NCBI GenBank assembly: GCA_029251525.1
Contig: JAQXDE010000048.1
Span: forward strand, 42,515-106,514
DNA from: Saprospiraceae bacterium
GTDB taxonomy: Bacteria > Bacteroidota > Bacteroidia > Chitinophagales > Saprospiraceae
DNA length: 64,000 nucleotides
Direction of reading: 5' to 3'
This document shows positions 30,538-41,659 of this stretch, one piece after another (within the stretch, counting starts at the first letter, position 1; every line of letters starts with the position of its first letter). The notes below the pieces were generated by a model, which was given only the letters and a program-made list of their open reading frames with translations, was not told where the DNA came from and ran no database searches. Position numbers and translations under genes: made by a program.

Positions 30538-31164
30538 ATGTATCTACTCGTATTTGGAGACTGGTGGAGTTCGTTGAATGGAACGCAACAAATGTTTTGG
30601 GGGATCTCCATCATATTTAGTGTCCTATTTGTTATTCAGTTCGTTTTGAGTTTGATTGGTTTAGATTTTGAGGGAGAGACCGATTTTGACGTGAGTACCG
30701 ATTCCGATACTAATGGGGGCTACAACCTAGATCCAAGTTTCACTTTATTTTCAGTTCGAAGTATTATTGCTTTTTTTACCTTCTTTGGATGGACTGGCTT
30801 ACTGACTTTGAATGCTGGTTTGGGAACTACGATGGCAGTTATGTGTGGAAGTGCATCTGGTTTTTTAGCAATGGTGATAGTAGGTTATATGATGTATTTA
30901 TTTTCAAAATTAGGGGAATCAGGAAATGTAGATTTGAATGATGCGCTATTTCAAACAGGAGAAGTATATCTAACTATTCCAGCAGGGAAAAGAGCGGTGG
31001 GGAAAATACATATCAATATTCAAGGAACTATGAAAGAAATGGATGCAATTACGGAAGGAAAAACTTTGTCCACTGGTGCAACGATTAGAGTTGTAGAAAT
31101 CGTGGACGAGAATTTATTACTTGTCGAATCTGTTGATATCTTTTTGGAAGGTGATAAATTATAA
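30538..31164 (+). CDS. NfeD-like membrane protein (partner of SPFH/flotillin)
   Basis: N-terminal TM helices plus a C-terminal OB-fold segment (GEVYLTIPAGKRAVGKIHINIQG...TIRVVEIVDENLLLVE). Lies immediately upstream of flotillin. Confidence 0.65.
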   Translation: MYLLVFGDWWSSLNGTQQMFWGISIIFSVLFVIQFVLSLIGLDFEGETDFDVSTDSDTNGGYNLDPSFTLFSVRSIIAFFTFFGWTGLLTLNAGLGTTMAVMCGSASGFLAMVIVGYMMYLFSKLGESGNVDLNDALFQTGEVYLTIPAGKRAVGKIHINIQGTMKEMDAITEGKTLSTGATIRVVEIVDENLLLVESVDIFLEGDKL

Positions 31165-31289
31165 GCTTATTAATAATAAGCTACCGATACTATATTTTCG
31201 ATACTGTGATCTTCCTATTTTTCAAATGATAAAAGTAGTTGAGTACAAAAAACAAAACCTCTTATTTAAAACCTTAAAAATTACAACTT

Positions 31290-32711
31290 ATGAGTTCCGT
31301 ATTAATTTTAGTTGCCGCTTTTGTAGGCTTAATTTTTCTAATGGGTTTATTTTTAATTTCTAGATACAAGAGATGTCCTTCAGATAGAATCTTGGTCATA
31401 TCAGGTAAGACGGGGCAAGGATCTTCGAAATGTATAGCTGGGGGAGCCACATTTGTTTGGCCAGTAATTCAAGAGTATGAATATTTAGATTTATCTCCAA
31501 TTTCAATTGATGTTGACTTAAAAAGTGCCTTGAGTAAACAAAATATTCGTATTGATGTACCTTCTCGATTTACTGTTGGTATCTCTACAGAGGAGGGAAT
31601 CATGCAAAATGCTGCCGAACGTTTATTGGGAAAAGAAACAATGCAGGTTCGAGACATAGCAAAAGATATTATTTTAGGTCAATTACGTTTGGTAGTTGCA
31701 ACTATGGATATTGAGGAGATTAATTCTGATAGAGATAAATTTTTAACTAATGTAGCCTCTAATGTTGGGGCAGAGTTGAGAAAAATTGGACTTCAATTAA
31801 TTAACGTAAATGTTACAGATATACAAGACGAATCTGGTTATATTGAAGCACTTGGGAAAGAAGCTGCAGCCAAAGCAATCAACGATGCAAGGATGAGCGT
31901 TGCTGAGAAAAATAGAGATGGTTCGATTGGGGAAGCAAATGCCCGCCAAGACCAAAGGGTTCAAGTTTCGAATGCAGATGCATTAGCACAAGTAGGGGAG
32001 TCGGAAGCAGAAGCAAAAGCAATTGAAGGAGCCAATTTAGCTGCTATCAGGATTTCAGAATCGAATGCTGAACGTCGGCAGCGAGAAGCTGAATATTTGA
32101 AACTCGCAACTTCATCCGAGAAAATTCAAGCTGCTAAGGCATTAGAGGAAGCTTACCTTGCAGAGAAAGAAGCAGAACAAGCGCGTGCTGCTAAAGAAAT
32201 GGCAACCGCACAAGCAAACGAAATCGTTCAAGCTGAAATAGCAAAACGTAAAAAAGAGATTGATGCAGAAGGAGAGGCGGAAAGAATACGAAGAATAGCT
32301 AGAGGTAATGCCGATGCAATATTTATGGAGAAAGAAGCAGAAGCTAAGGGTATGTTAGAAATTTTGAATCGCCAAGCACAAGGATTTGGAGAAATCGTAA
32401 AAGCGACTAATGGCAATTCTAAGGATGCAGTTTTGATGATTATTGCAGATAAACTAGAGGACTTAGTAAAAACTCAAGTAGAGGCAATTAAGAATATCAA
32501 AATCGATAAAGTTACTGTTTGGGAGAACGGTAGCGGAAGTGAAGGCGAAGGAAATGCTACTTCTAAATTCGTTTCTGGTTTATATAAATCAGTTCCTCCA
32601 ATGAGTGATTTGTTTAATATGGCAGGAATGGATTTGCCACAATACCTTGGTCAGAAAACAGAAAGTGGCGAAGAGTTGACAGAATCAAAGGAAATCAAGG
32701 ATGAAAAATAA
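31290..32711 (+). CDS. Flotillin / SPFH (band 7) family protein, FloT/YqiK-like
   Basis: N-terminal TM, SPFH domain, and a long Ala/Glu-rich coiled coil (EAEAKA repeats). 473 aa. Confidence 0.8.
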   Translation: MSSVLILVAAFVGLIFLMGLFLISRYKRCPSDRILVISGKTGQGSSKCIAGGATFVWPVIQEYEYLDLSPISIDVDLKSALSKQNIRIDVPSRFTVGISTEEGIMQNAAERLLGKETMQVRDIAKDIILGQLRLVVATMDIEEINSDRDKFLTNVASNVGAELRKIGLQLINVNVTDIQDESGYIEALGKEAAAKAINDARMSVAEKNRDGSIGEANARQDQRVQVSNADALAQVGESEAEAKAIEGANLAAIRISESNAERRQREAEYLKLATSSEKIQAAKALEEAYLAEKEAEQARAAKEMATAQANEIVQAEIAKRKKEIDAEGEAERIRRIARGNADAIFMEKEAEAKGMLEILNRQAQGFGEIVKATNGNSKDAVLMIIADKLEDLVKTQVEAIKNIKIDKVTVWENGSGSEGEGNATSKFVSGLYKSVPPMSDLFNMAGMDLPQYLGQKTESGEELTESKEIKDEK

Positions 32712-32811
32712 TGTGAGTTCTTTGCGACAATTGTGTTTATACCAGTCATTCAAATCAATGGTATCAGAGATGAAAAGTACTAAATCAAAAGAGTTTATTT
32801 CTAAAAAATAG

Positions 32812-32844
32812 GTGGCGGAGACTTTAAGTCTCCGCTTTTTTTTC
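32812..32844 (+). terminator. Rho-independent terminator after the NfeD-flotillin operon
   Basis: GGCGGAGACTTTAAGTCTCCGC followed by TTTTTTTT. Confidence 0.65.
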
Positions 32845-32906
32845 GGAGATACTTAAAACTTATTCTTGCGTAAAGTAGTTATAGCTGGATATAAAATTAA
32901 ATTCTA

Positions 32907-33827
32907 TTGTCAGAAAAAACACAAAAACCTCGATCATATACTATTGGTTGGGCTATACTAATTCTTCTTTCCATCACTTGGGGAGCATCTTTTATTTTGA
33001 TAAAAAAAGGGTTATTGGCATTTTCTCCAATGCAAGTGGCAAGTTTGAGGATAGGAATCGCTGGGCTTGCTTTTTTGCCCGTCCTTATAATTAATTTTAA
33101 AAAAATAGACTGGACTCAAATACAACCATTATTGATTGTTGGCTTTGCAGGAAGTGCAATTCCAGCGCTACTTTTTTCATTAGCTCAAACACAAGTGAGT
33201 AGTTCTGTTGCAGGTGTTTTGAATTCGATGACACCTATTTTTGTTTTGATTCAAGGAGTGCTTTTTTATGGATTGGTTTTGACTAGGAATAAATTACTAG
33301 GAGTTATTCTAGGGTTTTTAGGAGCATCACTTTTGATTATTGGACCATCTTACTTTACGCCTCGATTGGAGGAAGTTGTTTCGATCGGAGATAAAAATGA
33401 GTGGTATGCGTTATTCTTAATTTTAGCAACTTACTGTTATGCTTTGAGTGGAAATACTATTCAGAAATATTTTAAAAATGTTTCCGCGGTAAATTTAAGT
33501 GCAGCAGCTTATTGTTTAGTTGCGCCTGTTGGTATTTTATATTTACTTTTTTCTGATTTCATAACTATTCTTCAAACACACCCTGATGCATTGATGTCAT
33601 TGGGAGCCATTGTATTTTTATCATTAGTTGGGACAGTTGCTGCGTCGGTTCTTTTTTTTAAATTAATTCAGATGTCTAGTGCTCTTTTTGCTTCAACAGT
33701 AGCTTTTTTAATTCCAATTGTAGCTATTGGATTTGGATTTTTGGATGGTGAAAAAGTAACAATTTATCACTTCCTAGGAATGGTAATGATTTTATTTGGA
33801 GTTTATATTACAAGAAAGAGGAAATAA
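32907..33827 (+). CDS. EamA/DMT-superfamily transporter
   Basis: 306 aa, 10 TM helices, and two EamA-like halves. Confidence 0.65.
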   Translation: MSEKTQKPRSYTIGWAILILLSITWGASFILIKKGLLAFSPMQVASLRIGIAGLAFLPVLIINFKKIDWTQIQPLLIVGFAGSAIPALLFSLAQTQVSSSVAGVLNSMTPIFVLIQGVLFYGLVLTRNKLLGVILGFLGASLLIIGPSYFTPRLEEVVSIGDKNEWYALFLILATYCYALSGNTIQKYFKNVSAVNLSAAAYCLVAPVGILYLLFSDFITILQTHPDALMSLGAIVFLSLVGTVAASVLFFKLIQMSSALFASTVAFLIPIVAIGFGFLDGEKVTIYHFLGMVMILFGVYITRKRK

Positions 33828-33838
33828 TTTTCGAATAA

Positions 33839-34585
33839 TCAATCTGATTTGTCAACCACTTTTTTTCTGAGTTCAAAATTCTTTCCAAGGTAAACCTTAC
33901 GAACCATCTCATCGGCAGCTAATTCTTCTGCAGTTCCCGCTTTCAAAATATTTCCTTCAAACATTAAGTAAGCTCGATCAGTTATCGAAAGTGTTTCTTG
34001 TACATTATGATCGGTAATCAAAATTCCGATATTTTTATTCTTTAATTTTTCAACTATATTTTGGATATCTTCGACCGCAATTGGATCAATTCCAGCAAAA
34101 GGTTCATCCAGTAAAATGAATTTTGGACTAGTTGCTAATGCTCTAGCAATTTCAGTCCGACGACGTTCTCCACCTGAAAGGGAATCTCCTGAGTTTTTTC
34201 GAACTTTGTGCAAAGAAAATTCATCAATTAAATTTTCTAGTTTTTCCTTCTGTTCATTTTTGGATAATTTAGTCATCTCCAAAACAGCTTTTAGGTTATC
34301 TTCTACACTTAGTTTTCTAAAAACAGAAGGTTCCTGCGGTAGATATCCGATTCCTTTTTGCGCTCTTTTATACATCGGAAGTTGGGTGATGTTTTCATCA
34401 GCCAAAAAAACATTTCCAGAATTAGGTTGAATAAATCCAACTGTCATATAAAAAGTGGTCGTTTTTCCAGCACCATTTGGACCGAGCAATCCTACTATTT
34501 CTCCTTGATGAACTTCAATGGAAACCTCTTTAACCACTTTTCGGCTGCCGTAAATTTTGACTAGTTTTTCTGATCTTAAAATCAT
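33839..34585 (-). CDS. lptB: LPS export ABC transporter ATP-binding protein LptB
   Basis: Walker [13 protein letters not shown] signature LSGGERRR, and Walker B ILLDEP. The size (248 aa) and N-terminus are typical of LptB. Confidence 0.85.
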   Translation of the reverse strand: MILRSEKLVKIYGSRKVVKEVSIEVHQGEIVGLLGPNGAGKTTTFYMTVGFIQPNSGNVFLADENITQLPMYKRAQKGIGYLPQEPSVFRKLSVEDNLKAVLEMTKLSKNEQKEKLENLIDEFSLHKVRKNSGDSLSGGERRRTEIARALATSPKFILLDEPFAGIDPIAVEDIQNIVEKLKNKNIGILITDHNVQETLSITDRAYLMFEGNILKAGTAEELAADEMVRKVYLGKNFELRKKVVDKSD

Positions 34586-34605
34586 ATTTTTTTTTTTACT
34601 GAGAA

Positions 34606-36318
34606 TTAATTCTTTTCTCCTCGTTGCGGTTTAGGTCTATCCGAAGCTGGCGGTGAGGTTGATTGATTTCCTTTTTTAGATTTTGCTTTTTCATCAGCAG
34701 AAACGGTTGCATCTAATTCCCAACCTGCACGTAACTCTTCTAGTTCTCTAGCAAATAACGGTTCAGGTTGTGAAAGGTTATCATAATTTCCAGTATCCCA
34801 TCGTCCATTTCCATTTGTATCTTGAATCATTCGAACTGAATATTTTCCAGTTGCAATTGATTTAAAGGTTTTTTTGAAAATAGAATTACCATTCATAGGA
34901 ATGATTTCTACTAATGTATTTGATTTATCTAACAATTCAATTACATAGTTTTTACCAGGTTGCATGTCCACAACGGTCAATGTCATATCTCCAAAGTTAG
35001 TTGCTGTTTTTACTTCTAATGTTTGAGTAAGTGTATCATTTTGCATACCAAAAATATCTGTAAGGGCACCTGGTAGTAATTTAAGAAGATAAGGTATTTT
35101 CTCTTTAAAAGGATATTGTATAAGTAATTTTCTATTGTCTGTTGAATCAATTTTTATTGTCGGAACAACTCTTTGGGAAACTGTATCTACTAAAATTGCC
35201 ACAAAACTAGTATCAATATTTTTCAAAGGATGATTGAATGAAATTGAAGAATTTTTATTTGATCTAACTTCTAATTTAGAGCCTGGTGTGATTTTTTTAG
35301 CTGGGTTTAATTTATATTTCTGAAAAAAAGTGGTTCGTGATAATTTTGGAATTTTGATTGTATCGGGAGAAAATGTATCTCTTGCAATAAAGACATTCCA
35401 ACTAGAATCATTCGGGACATCGTACCAAAATAAAAGTGAATCTTTTACTGTTTGAATATAAGTTTTCTGTCCAACGTCTTCAAAAGTAAGTTTGTATTCC
35501 CCCTCATGTGGCTTTCGATTAAAACCAAAAGCGATACGACCATACTTTTTTTTATCTTCTCCTTGTAATTGTAATTTAAATTCTTCTTGAAACATTTGTA
35601 AAGTCAAGTCTACTTTGGTCGAGTCGGTCACAACAATTGGTTCTTTTAAAAAGCCAATTTTTTCACTTTGATTATCAAATAAATAATTTGCATTTCCATC
35701 AATTAAGGCAAATACTTTGAATGTATCTGAACGAACATTTTTGATAGAAAAATTTCCTCCTTCATCTGTTTTAGCAAAATAAAAAGGTTTCTCTTTTCGC
35801 ACTACTGTATCTGCCAAATTATCGTACAACATTACTAAAACATCCTTTAGTGGCTTTTTATCAAAAGCTTCAACAACTTGTCCTGTGACTTCCAATGAAT
35901 CAATAAAATCACCTGTCGAAAAAACAAAGCGTAAATCTTTTACAGGATTTCGTTCTGTCAAGTCCTGTACGGCCGTTCCAAAATTAATTGTGTAAGTGGC
36001 ATTCTTACGTAACACTTCTTCCTCATCAAACTCAAATCGAACGGTTTTCTTTTTTAGTGAGACGTCAAATTTTTTTTGTAATGGAGGTGAAACAACTACT
36101 TGTTTAAAAACATCTTTCAGTTGCAACCATTCATTAAAAGTTAATTTGATCGTTTGCTTTTTAAAATTGGTTTTATAATTAGGAGTAGAATTTGAATTAT
36201 CAATTATTGGTGGGATTGTATCTTTTTTTCCACCTGTTAAAGTACCCTGGTTAGCACAGCTAACCAAAGTCAAAAGGATGATCAAAATGATAAAAGAAAG
36301 AGAATTATATTTTTGCAT
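34606..36318 (-). CDS. Hypothetical lipoprotein with predicted Ig-like beta-rich domains and a basic Ser/Pro-rich C-terminal tail
   Basis: 570 aa. Lipoprotein signal ([10 protein letters not shown]). No catalytic motif recognised. Stands directly upstream of lptB on the same strand. Confidence 0.35.
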   Translation of the reverse strand: MQKYNSLSFIILIILLTLVSCANQGTLTGGKKDTIPPIIDNSNSTPNYKTNFKKQTIKLTFNEWLQLKDVFKQVVVSPPLQKKFDVSLKKKTVRFEFDEEEVLRKNATYTINFGTAVQDLTERNPVKDLRFVFSTGDFIDSLEVTGQVVEAFDKKPLKDVLVMLYDNLADTVVRKEKPFYFAKTDEGGNFSIKNVRSDTFKVFALIDGNANYLFDNQSEKIGFLKEPIVVTDSTKVDLTLQMFQEEFKLQLQGEDKKKYGRIAFGFNRKPHEGEYKLTFEDVGQKTYIQTVKDSLLFWYDVPNDSSWNVFIARDTFSPDTIKIPKLSRTTFFQKYKLNPAKKITPGSKLEVRSNKNSSISFNHPLKNIDTSFVAILVDTVSQRVVPTIKIDSTDNRKLLIQYPFKEKIPYLLKLLPGALTDIFGMQNDTLTQTLEVKTATNFGDMTLTVVDMQPGKNYVIELLDKSNTLVEIIPMNGNSIFKKTFKSIATGKYSVRMIQDTNGNGRWDTGNYDNLSQPEPLFARELEELRAGWELDATVSADEKAKSKKGNQSTSPPASDRPKPQRGEKN

Positions 36319-36426
36319 AAAGATCTATTGTTCAGAAGTCTCGCAAAATTAACTGGAATTGCCTATATATGTGTATATATGAGTCGTTAATTAATTCTTA
36401 AAGTAGTAGAAATTTGAATTTAACTA

Positions 36427-37335
36427 TTAACGTTTGTTTCTAGGATGAAATAGAATAATCGTTTCTTTCAAGTATTCTGTGTCCAAGTGTGTATAAATTT
36501 CTGTTGTAGTAATACTTTCATGACCCAACATATCTTGTACCGCTTTTAAATCTGCACCACCTTCCACTAAATGCGTAGCAAAAGAATGTCTAAATGTATG
36601 AGGGCTTACTTTTTTAGTAATTCCAGCTTTTTTAACTGCTTTTTTAATAATCATAAAAATCATCACACGAGTAAGACGTTTTCCTCGACGATTTAAAAAT
36701 ACGATATTCTCATGTTCGGGATGAACCATCGACAATTGATTTCGATAATTATTGACATAAAAGTAAATCTGTTGCAATGCTTCTTCACCAATCGGAACGA
36801 TTCTCTCTTTATTGTTTTTTCCTATCACCTTGATAAAACCAATATCAGGATATAAATTTGACAATTTTAAATTTACCAATTCACTTACTCGAAGTCCACA
36901 AGCATAAAGTGTTTCCAGCATTGCCCGATTTCGATGTCCTTGTGGATGACTTAAATCAATGGCTGAAATAATAGCTGTGATCTCATCATAAGAAAGTACT
37001 TCAGGTATTTTCCGTGAAATTTTTGGTGCTTCCAAAAGTTCGGTGGGATCTTCTTTGATAATATCCTCTAATAATAAGTATTTATAAAAAGTCTTAATTC
37101 CAGAAATGATTCTTGCCTGAGATGTTGCCCCTAAACCTAAATCACTTAATGTGAAAATAAAGGCTTCCAATTCCTTAAATTTCACCTCAGAGGGAGAGAG
37201 TTCATATTTATGATTAATTAAAAATCGTTCTAATTTTTCGACATCACATGAATATGCTTCAATGCTATTCTCACTTAGCGAACGCTCAAGCAAAAGGTAA
37301 GCTTTGAAACCATTAATGTGAGGAGTCCAATTCAT
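36427..37335 (-). CDS. xerD: Tyrosine recombinase XerD/XerC
   Basis: N-terminal SAM-like core-binding domain. C-terminal catalytic R...HxxR...Y residues (HTFRHSFATHL, ITTTEIYTHL). Confidence 0.8.
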   Translation of the reverse strand: MNWTPHINGFKAYLLLERSLSENSIEAYSCDVEKLERFLINHKYELSPSEVKFKELEAFIFTLSDLGLGATSQARIISGIKTFYKYLLLEDIIKEDPTELLEAPKISRKIPEVLSYDEITAIISAIDLSHPQGHRNRAMLETLYACGLRVSELVNLKLSNLYPDIGFIKVIGKNNKERIVPIGEEALQQIYFYVNNYRNQLSMVHPEHENIVFLNRRGKRLTRVMIFMIIKKAVKKAGITKKVSPHTFRHSFATHLVEGGADLKAVQDMLGHESITTTEIYTHLDTEYLKETIILFHPRNKR

Positions 37336-37512
37336 ATTTTTTTTGACAAAAATAGTATTTTTTAAATTATACGGAGTGAGCTGAATCTGTAAGTAAAATT
37401 AATTGTAAAACTTTTAGTATTTTTTAAAGTTAGCTTGATTAGGAATTAGCATAAAGTTGAAAAAATTCCCAAGACTTTATAAATTTGTCATTTAAAAAAG
37501 TTGTAACAATAA

Positions 37513-38205
37513 ATGCCAGTATTTTGGTTAACAGAAGAACTTTCCTTTCCTCCCGCTGAACTTGCGAATGAAGATGGAATATTAGCAGTCGGAGGGGATT
37601 TGACTCCCAATCGACTTTTACTAGCCTACAATATGGGGTTATTTCCGTGGTTCAATCCTGAGGATCCAATTTTGTGGTGGTCACCTGATCCTAGGTTTAT
37701 ATTATATCCCCAAAGATTGAAGGTGTCTAAAAGTATGCGACCTTATTTTAATCAAAAAAAATTTACCGTAACCTTTGACACACAATTTGAGAAGGTAATG
37801 ACAGCTTGCCAGCAACAATATAGAAAAGGACAAGGTGGAGGAACTTGGATTACCGATGAAATGATTGATTCATACACGGAATTAAATAGAATGGGATTTG
37901 CTCATTCTGTGGAAGTTTGGCAAGGTGAAAAATTGGTAGGTGGATTGTATGGAATTTCTTTGGGGAAAATTTTTTTTGGTGAATCCATGTTTTCCACTGT
38001 ATCAAATGCATCAAAGTTTGGTTTTATTTTTTTAGTTCAAAAATTAGAAAATTTAGGTTTTTGGTTGATTGATTGTCAACAACAGACAAAACATTTAGAA
38101 AGTTTAGGTGGAGAATTTATTGACCGAACAGATTTTTTAGATTACATAAAAAGAAACAAAATCGAGAAAACTAATAAAGGGAATTGGAGTGATTATTTAT
38201 TGTAG
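37513..38205 (+). CDS. aat: Leucyl/phenylalanyl-tRNA--protein transferase
   Basis: Conserved Aat blocks: FPWFNPEDPILWWSPDPR, HSVEVW and GESMFS. Confidence 0.85.
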   Translation: MPVFWLTEELSFPPAELANEDGILAVGGDLTPNRLLLAYNMGLFPWFNPEDPILWWSPDPRFILYPQRLKVSKSMRPYFNQKKFTVTFDTQFEKVMTACQQQYRKGQGGGTWITDEMIDSYTELNRMGFAHSVEVWQGEKLVGGLYGISLGKIFFGESMFSTVSNASKFGFIFLVQKLENLGFWLIDCQQQTKHLESLGGEFIDRTDFLDYIKRNKIEKTNKGNWSDYLL

Positions 38206-38315
38206 CATAATACAAATGTTCTTAAATATGCTTAACATTTTTGTATGCAGATGACTTGCTAATTGTTCCTATTTAATTTTCTTTTCCTACTTTTGTTTCT
38301 AAAACAAACTATAAA

Positions 38316-40037
38316 ATGCGTTTATTATTTTTACTGATTATTGCAACGATCTTCTTCCTTTCGTTCAGTACATTCGAATCCAACAAGAAATATCCACAAG
38401 GTTATTTTCGCTCCCCTGTGAGTGGAACGATTCGTTTGTCAGGAACATTTGGTGAGTTGCGTCCGAATCATTTACACGCAGGAATTGATATCAAAGCAAA
38501 GGATGGAAAAATTGGACAAGCACTTTATTCCGCTGCCGATGGTTATGTTTCTCGCATTAAAATGCAATCAGGTGGCTATGGGAAAGTATTGTACATTGAT
38601 CATCCAAATGGTTATACCACAGTTTATGCACACATGCATGAGTTTGACAAATCAGTTGAAGAATATGTGAAACAAAAACAAAAACAAAAAGAAACTTTTG
38701 CCGTCGAACTTTTTCCAAAGCCAAATCAATTTAGTTTTAAAAAAGGAAATAAGATCGGAAAATTAGGAATGTCAGGACGTTCATATGGGCCGCATTTACA
38801 TTTTGAAATTCGAGACACCAAAACAGAGAAACCAATTAATCCATTACTTTTTGGAATCAATGTCACTGATAATATTCCTCCTCGTATACATCAATTAAAA
38901 ATTTATAATCTTAATGATAAACGAGAAACTCAAAAAACTAAGACTATTGATTTATTGAAAAACGGAAAGAAGTATTTTGTCCGTAAAGATACGTTGACCA
39001 TTGGAGCATGGCGTGTTGGATTAGCATTAAAGACTTATGATAATCAAAATGGTGCATCGAATTGGAATGGAATTTATTCCTTGGAAATGTTTCAAGACGG
39101 CCAACCTATTTATGATTTTAAAATGGAAACTTTCTCCTTTAATGAGACAAGATATATTAATGCTCATTTAGATTATGAAGAGCAAGTTGTGAAAAAAAGT
39201 TACTTCAATCGTTGCTATGAATTGCCTGGGAATGAACTTTCTATTTATGGAATCCAATCCGATGCTGGAATAATTCCTTTGAGCATGGGTAAAGCGAGTA
39301 AAATAGAAATGGTGATTAAAGACATTGCTGGGAATCGATCTACCTTGAAATTTTGGATAAAAAGGGGAGAGATTAAAAATTTACCTTCTAAGGTCTTTAA
39401 TTACATTTTACCTTATGATGAAGACAATCAAATAGAAACTGGCTCACTGTCTCTTTTTCTAAAAAAAGGAACATTGTATGAAAATTTATATTTAAAATAT
39501 AATACTTCAATTGATGAATCTGAAGGTGTTTTTTCTACAGTACATCAAATTCATGATTACAAAACTCCTGCTCATAGGTATTTTGATATAGGAATAAAAC
39601 CATCTGGAATACCTGAAAATATGCGAGAAAAGGCATTTATTGCCTATTGTGGTAAATCTAGATCACCTCAGAATTGTGGAGGAAAGTGGAAAGATGGAAA
39701 ACTTACTACTAAAGTTAGAGACTTTGGTAACTATTGCATTATGATCGATACTAAATCTCCTTCCATTGAACCCATTAGTTTTAAATCAAATATGCGAGGT
39801 GCATCAAGAATGACCTTTAAAGTAAAAGAGAATTTCGAAACAGCTCGGAATATTGAGCCTTTCACTTATAAAGTTACCGTCGATGGTAAATGGATATTAA
39901 TGGATTATGATGGAAAAAATGATTTGTTGATTCATCGGTTTGATGGTAGTATTCAAAAGGGAAAACATTTACTTCGAATTGAGGTAACGGATGACCGAGG
40001 AAATGAGAAAATTTATGAGAGAGAATTTACAAGATGA
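38316..40037 (+). CDS. M23 family metallopeptidase with a large C-terminal extension
   Basis: HxxxD and HxH zinc motifs (NHLHAGIDI, GPHLHFEIR). Signal peptide. Confidence 0.75.
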   Translation: MRLLFLLIIATIFFLSFSTFESNKKYPQGYFRSPVSGTIRLSGTFGELRPNHLHAGIDIKAKDGKIGQALYSAADGYVSRIKMQSGGYGKVLYIDHPNGYTTVYAHMHEFDKSVEEYVKQKQKQKETFAVELFPKPNQFSFKKGNKIGKLGMSGRSYGPHLHFEIRDTKTEKPINPLLFGINVTDNIPPRIHQLKIYNLNDKRETQKTKTIDLLKNGKKYFVRKDTLTIGAWRVGLALKTYDNQNGASNWNGIYSLEMFQDGQPIYDFKMETFSFNETRYINAHLDYEEQVVKKSYFNRCYELPGNELSIYGIQSDAGIIPLSMGKASKIEMVIKDIAGNRSTLKFWIKRGEIKNLPSKVFNYILPYDEDNQIETGSLSLFLKKGTLYENLYLKYNTSIDESEGVFSTVHQIHDYKTPAHRYFDIGIKPSGIPENMREKAFIAYCGKSRSPQNCGGKWKDGKLTTKVRDFGNYCIMIDTKSPSIEPISFKSNMRGASRMTFKVKENFETARNIEPFTYKVTVDGKWILMDYDGKNDLLIHRFDGSIQKGKHLLRIEVTDDRGNEKIYEREFTR

Positions 40038-40070
40038 TTTTGTAAAACAATTATCATTTCATCTTGTTTC

Positions 40071-40565
40071 ATGAAAAGATTTTTTAAACAAATAGAATAC
40101 CCTAAAATTATGACACATCTAAAGCCAGGAGATAAAGCGCCAAGTTTTTCAGGACTAAATGAGAATGGAGAGAAGGTGTTACTTAATGATTTTAAAGGAA
40201 AAAAGTTAATTCTCTTTTTTTATCCAAAAGACAATACGCCAACTTGTACTGTTGAAGCATGTAACTTGCGGGACAATTATTCGATGCTTCAAGAAAAAGG
40301 ATTTGAGTTGCTAGGTGTCAGTCCTGATACTCAAAAAAAACATCAAAATTTCATCAAAAAATTTGATTTTCCATTTCCTCTATTAGCTGATGAAAGTTTA
40401 GAAGTGACTAAAGCCTTCAACGTTTGGGGGCCGAAAAAATTTATGGGAAAAGAATATGATGGATTACACCGAACAACCTTTGTGATAGATGAAAAGGGAA
40501 TGATAGAGCAAGTAATCACAAAAGTAAAATCGAAGGACCACGCGGCACAAATCTTAGAAAGTTAA
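40071..40565 (+). CDS. bcp: Thiol peroxidase / peroxiredoxin Bcp
   Basis: Peroxidatic Cys in PxxxTxxC (DNTPTCTVEAC). 164 aa. Confidence 0.8.
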   Translation: MKRFFKQIEYPKIMTHLKPGDKAPSFSGLNENGEKVLLNDFKGKKLILFFYPKDNTPTCTVEACNLRDNYSMLQEKGFELLGVSPDTQKKHQNFIKKFDFPFPLLADESLEVTKAFNVWGPKKFMGKEYDGLHRTTFVIDEKGMIEQVITKVKSKDHAAQILES

Positions 40566-40620
40566 ATTATTAGGTAGCAGTATTCAATTAGGTGTTTTTT
40601 GACGACTTACGAATGCTGCT

Positions 40621-41325
40621 TCAATCACTTTTAGCAAAAGCAATGGTTGCTAGACTTACCTTTGTTCCTCTTACCTTTAATATCTTTATAGCTCCAGCTT
40701 CAAGGGTAGCACCTGTGGTTAAAACATCATCAACTAAAAGAATATGTTTATTTCTTAATAATTCAAGGCGTTTAACCTTAAATGCTTTAATGACATTTTG
40801 GAAGCGTTCGATCCGTGATTTTTGAGTTTGAGTTTCTGTGAAGATTTTTCTTTCGAGCGCATCTTTTGCCCAAGGAATTTTCATCGTCTCTGAAAGTCCT
40901 TGGGCAAAGACATCACTTTGGTTAAATCCTCTTTTGATTTCCTTTTTGAAGTGCAAAGGAATCGGAACGATTAAATCAATGTTTTGATATAGTTCAGATT
41001 TAATTAGCGTTTTCCCAAGCATTTTCCCAAGAATAACACCAACTTCTTTTTTTCCTCTGTATTTTAAATTATGAATCAGATTTTGTGTTTTACTTTCTTT
41101 TAAAAAATGAAATAATGAGGTACCCGTTTGAATATCAACACGGCCCCAAAATTTTCTGGTGAAATCATTTTCTTTAAATAAATGAAAATCAGTTCGGGGT
41201 AAAAGAAATTCGCAAGTTGTACAAAGTATTTGTTTAGAAGGTAAATGTTGTTTCCCACAAGCCAAACAAAGTCGTGGGTAAAACAAACAAATGGCATCGT
41301 CTAGAGATTGTAGTACTGGATTCAT
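40621..41325 (-). CDS. comF: ComF family protein (phosphoribosyltransferase domain)
   Basis: N-terminal 4-Cys zinc finger (CLACG...CTTCE). C-terminal PRTase motif ILLVDDVLTTGATL. Confidence 0.7.
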   Translation of the reverse strand: MNPVLQSLDDAICLFYPRLCLACGKQHLPSKQILCTTCEFLLPRTDFHLFKENDFTRKFWGRVDIQTGTSLFHFLKESKTQNLIHNLKYRGKKEVGVILGKMLGKTLIKSELYQNIDLIVPIPLHFKKEIKRGFNQSDVFAQGLSETMKIPWAKDALERKIFTETQTQKSRIERFQNVIKAFKVKRLELLRNKHILLVDDVLTTGATLEAGAIKILKVRGTKVSLATIAFAKSD

Positions 41326-41407
41326 AGCATCAAAATAAATAATATTTTAAAGCTATGAAAATATTGTTTTTATGTATTAATGATAATAATATTTCATGAG
41401 TGAGGGC

Positions 41408-41442
41408 CTAAAAAAACGTCCGTCCTGAAGAACAGGACAGAC
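41408..41442 (-). terminator. Rho-independent terminator downstream of htrA (minus strand)
   Basis: Minus strand: CGTCTGTCCTG-TTCTT-CAGGACGGACG followed by TTTTTTT. Confidence 0.6.
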
Positions 41443-41659
41443 GCATCAAAACAAAACGAAAAACCAACTTTAAACAAGTTTTTATAAATATATTATTTGG
41501 ATTATTAACAATTAATATTATAATAACCAATTTTAATAAAAAAATGTTTCAATAAAAGTGTTAATAAAATCTTAAATATTAATAAAAATGTTATTTTATA
41601 AAACATTCAGTATAATGTTTTTAGGCTAAAAAAAAATAAAATCGTAGCCCAAATTTTAG

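Noticed and set aside
31121-31363. 80-aa ORF spanning the NfeD-flotillin junction
   Set aside because: It overlaps the NfeD C-terminus and flotillin N-terminus out of frame. The spacer is low-complexity.
38205-38315. Possible terminator after aat (TACAAATGTT...AACATTTTTGTA)
   Set aside because: The stem is imperfect with an asymmetric A-run. Not convincing without folding energy.
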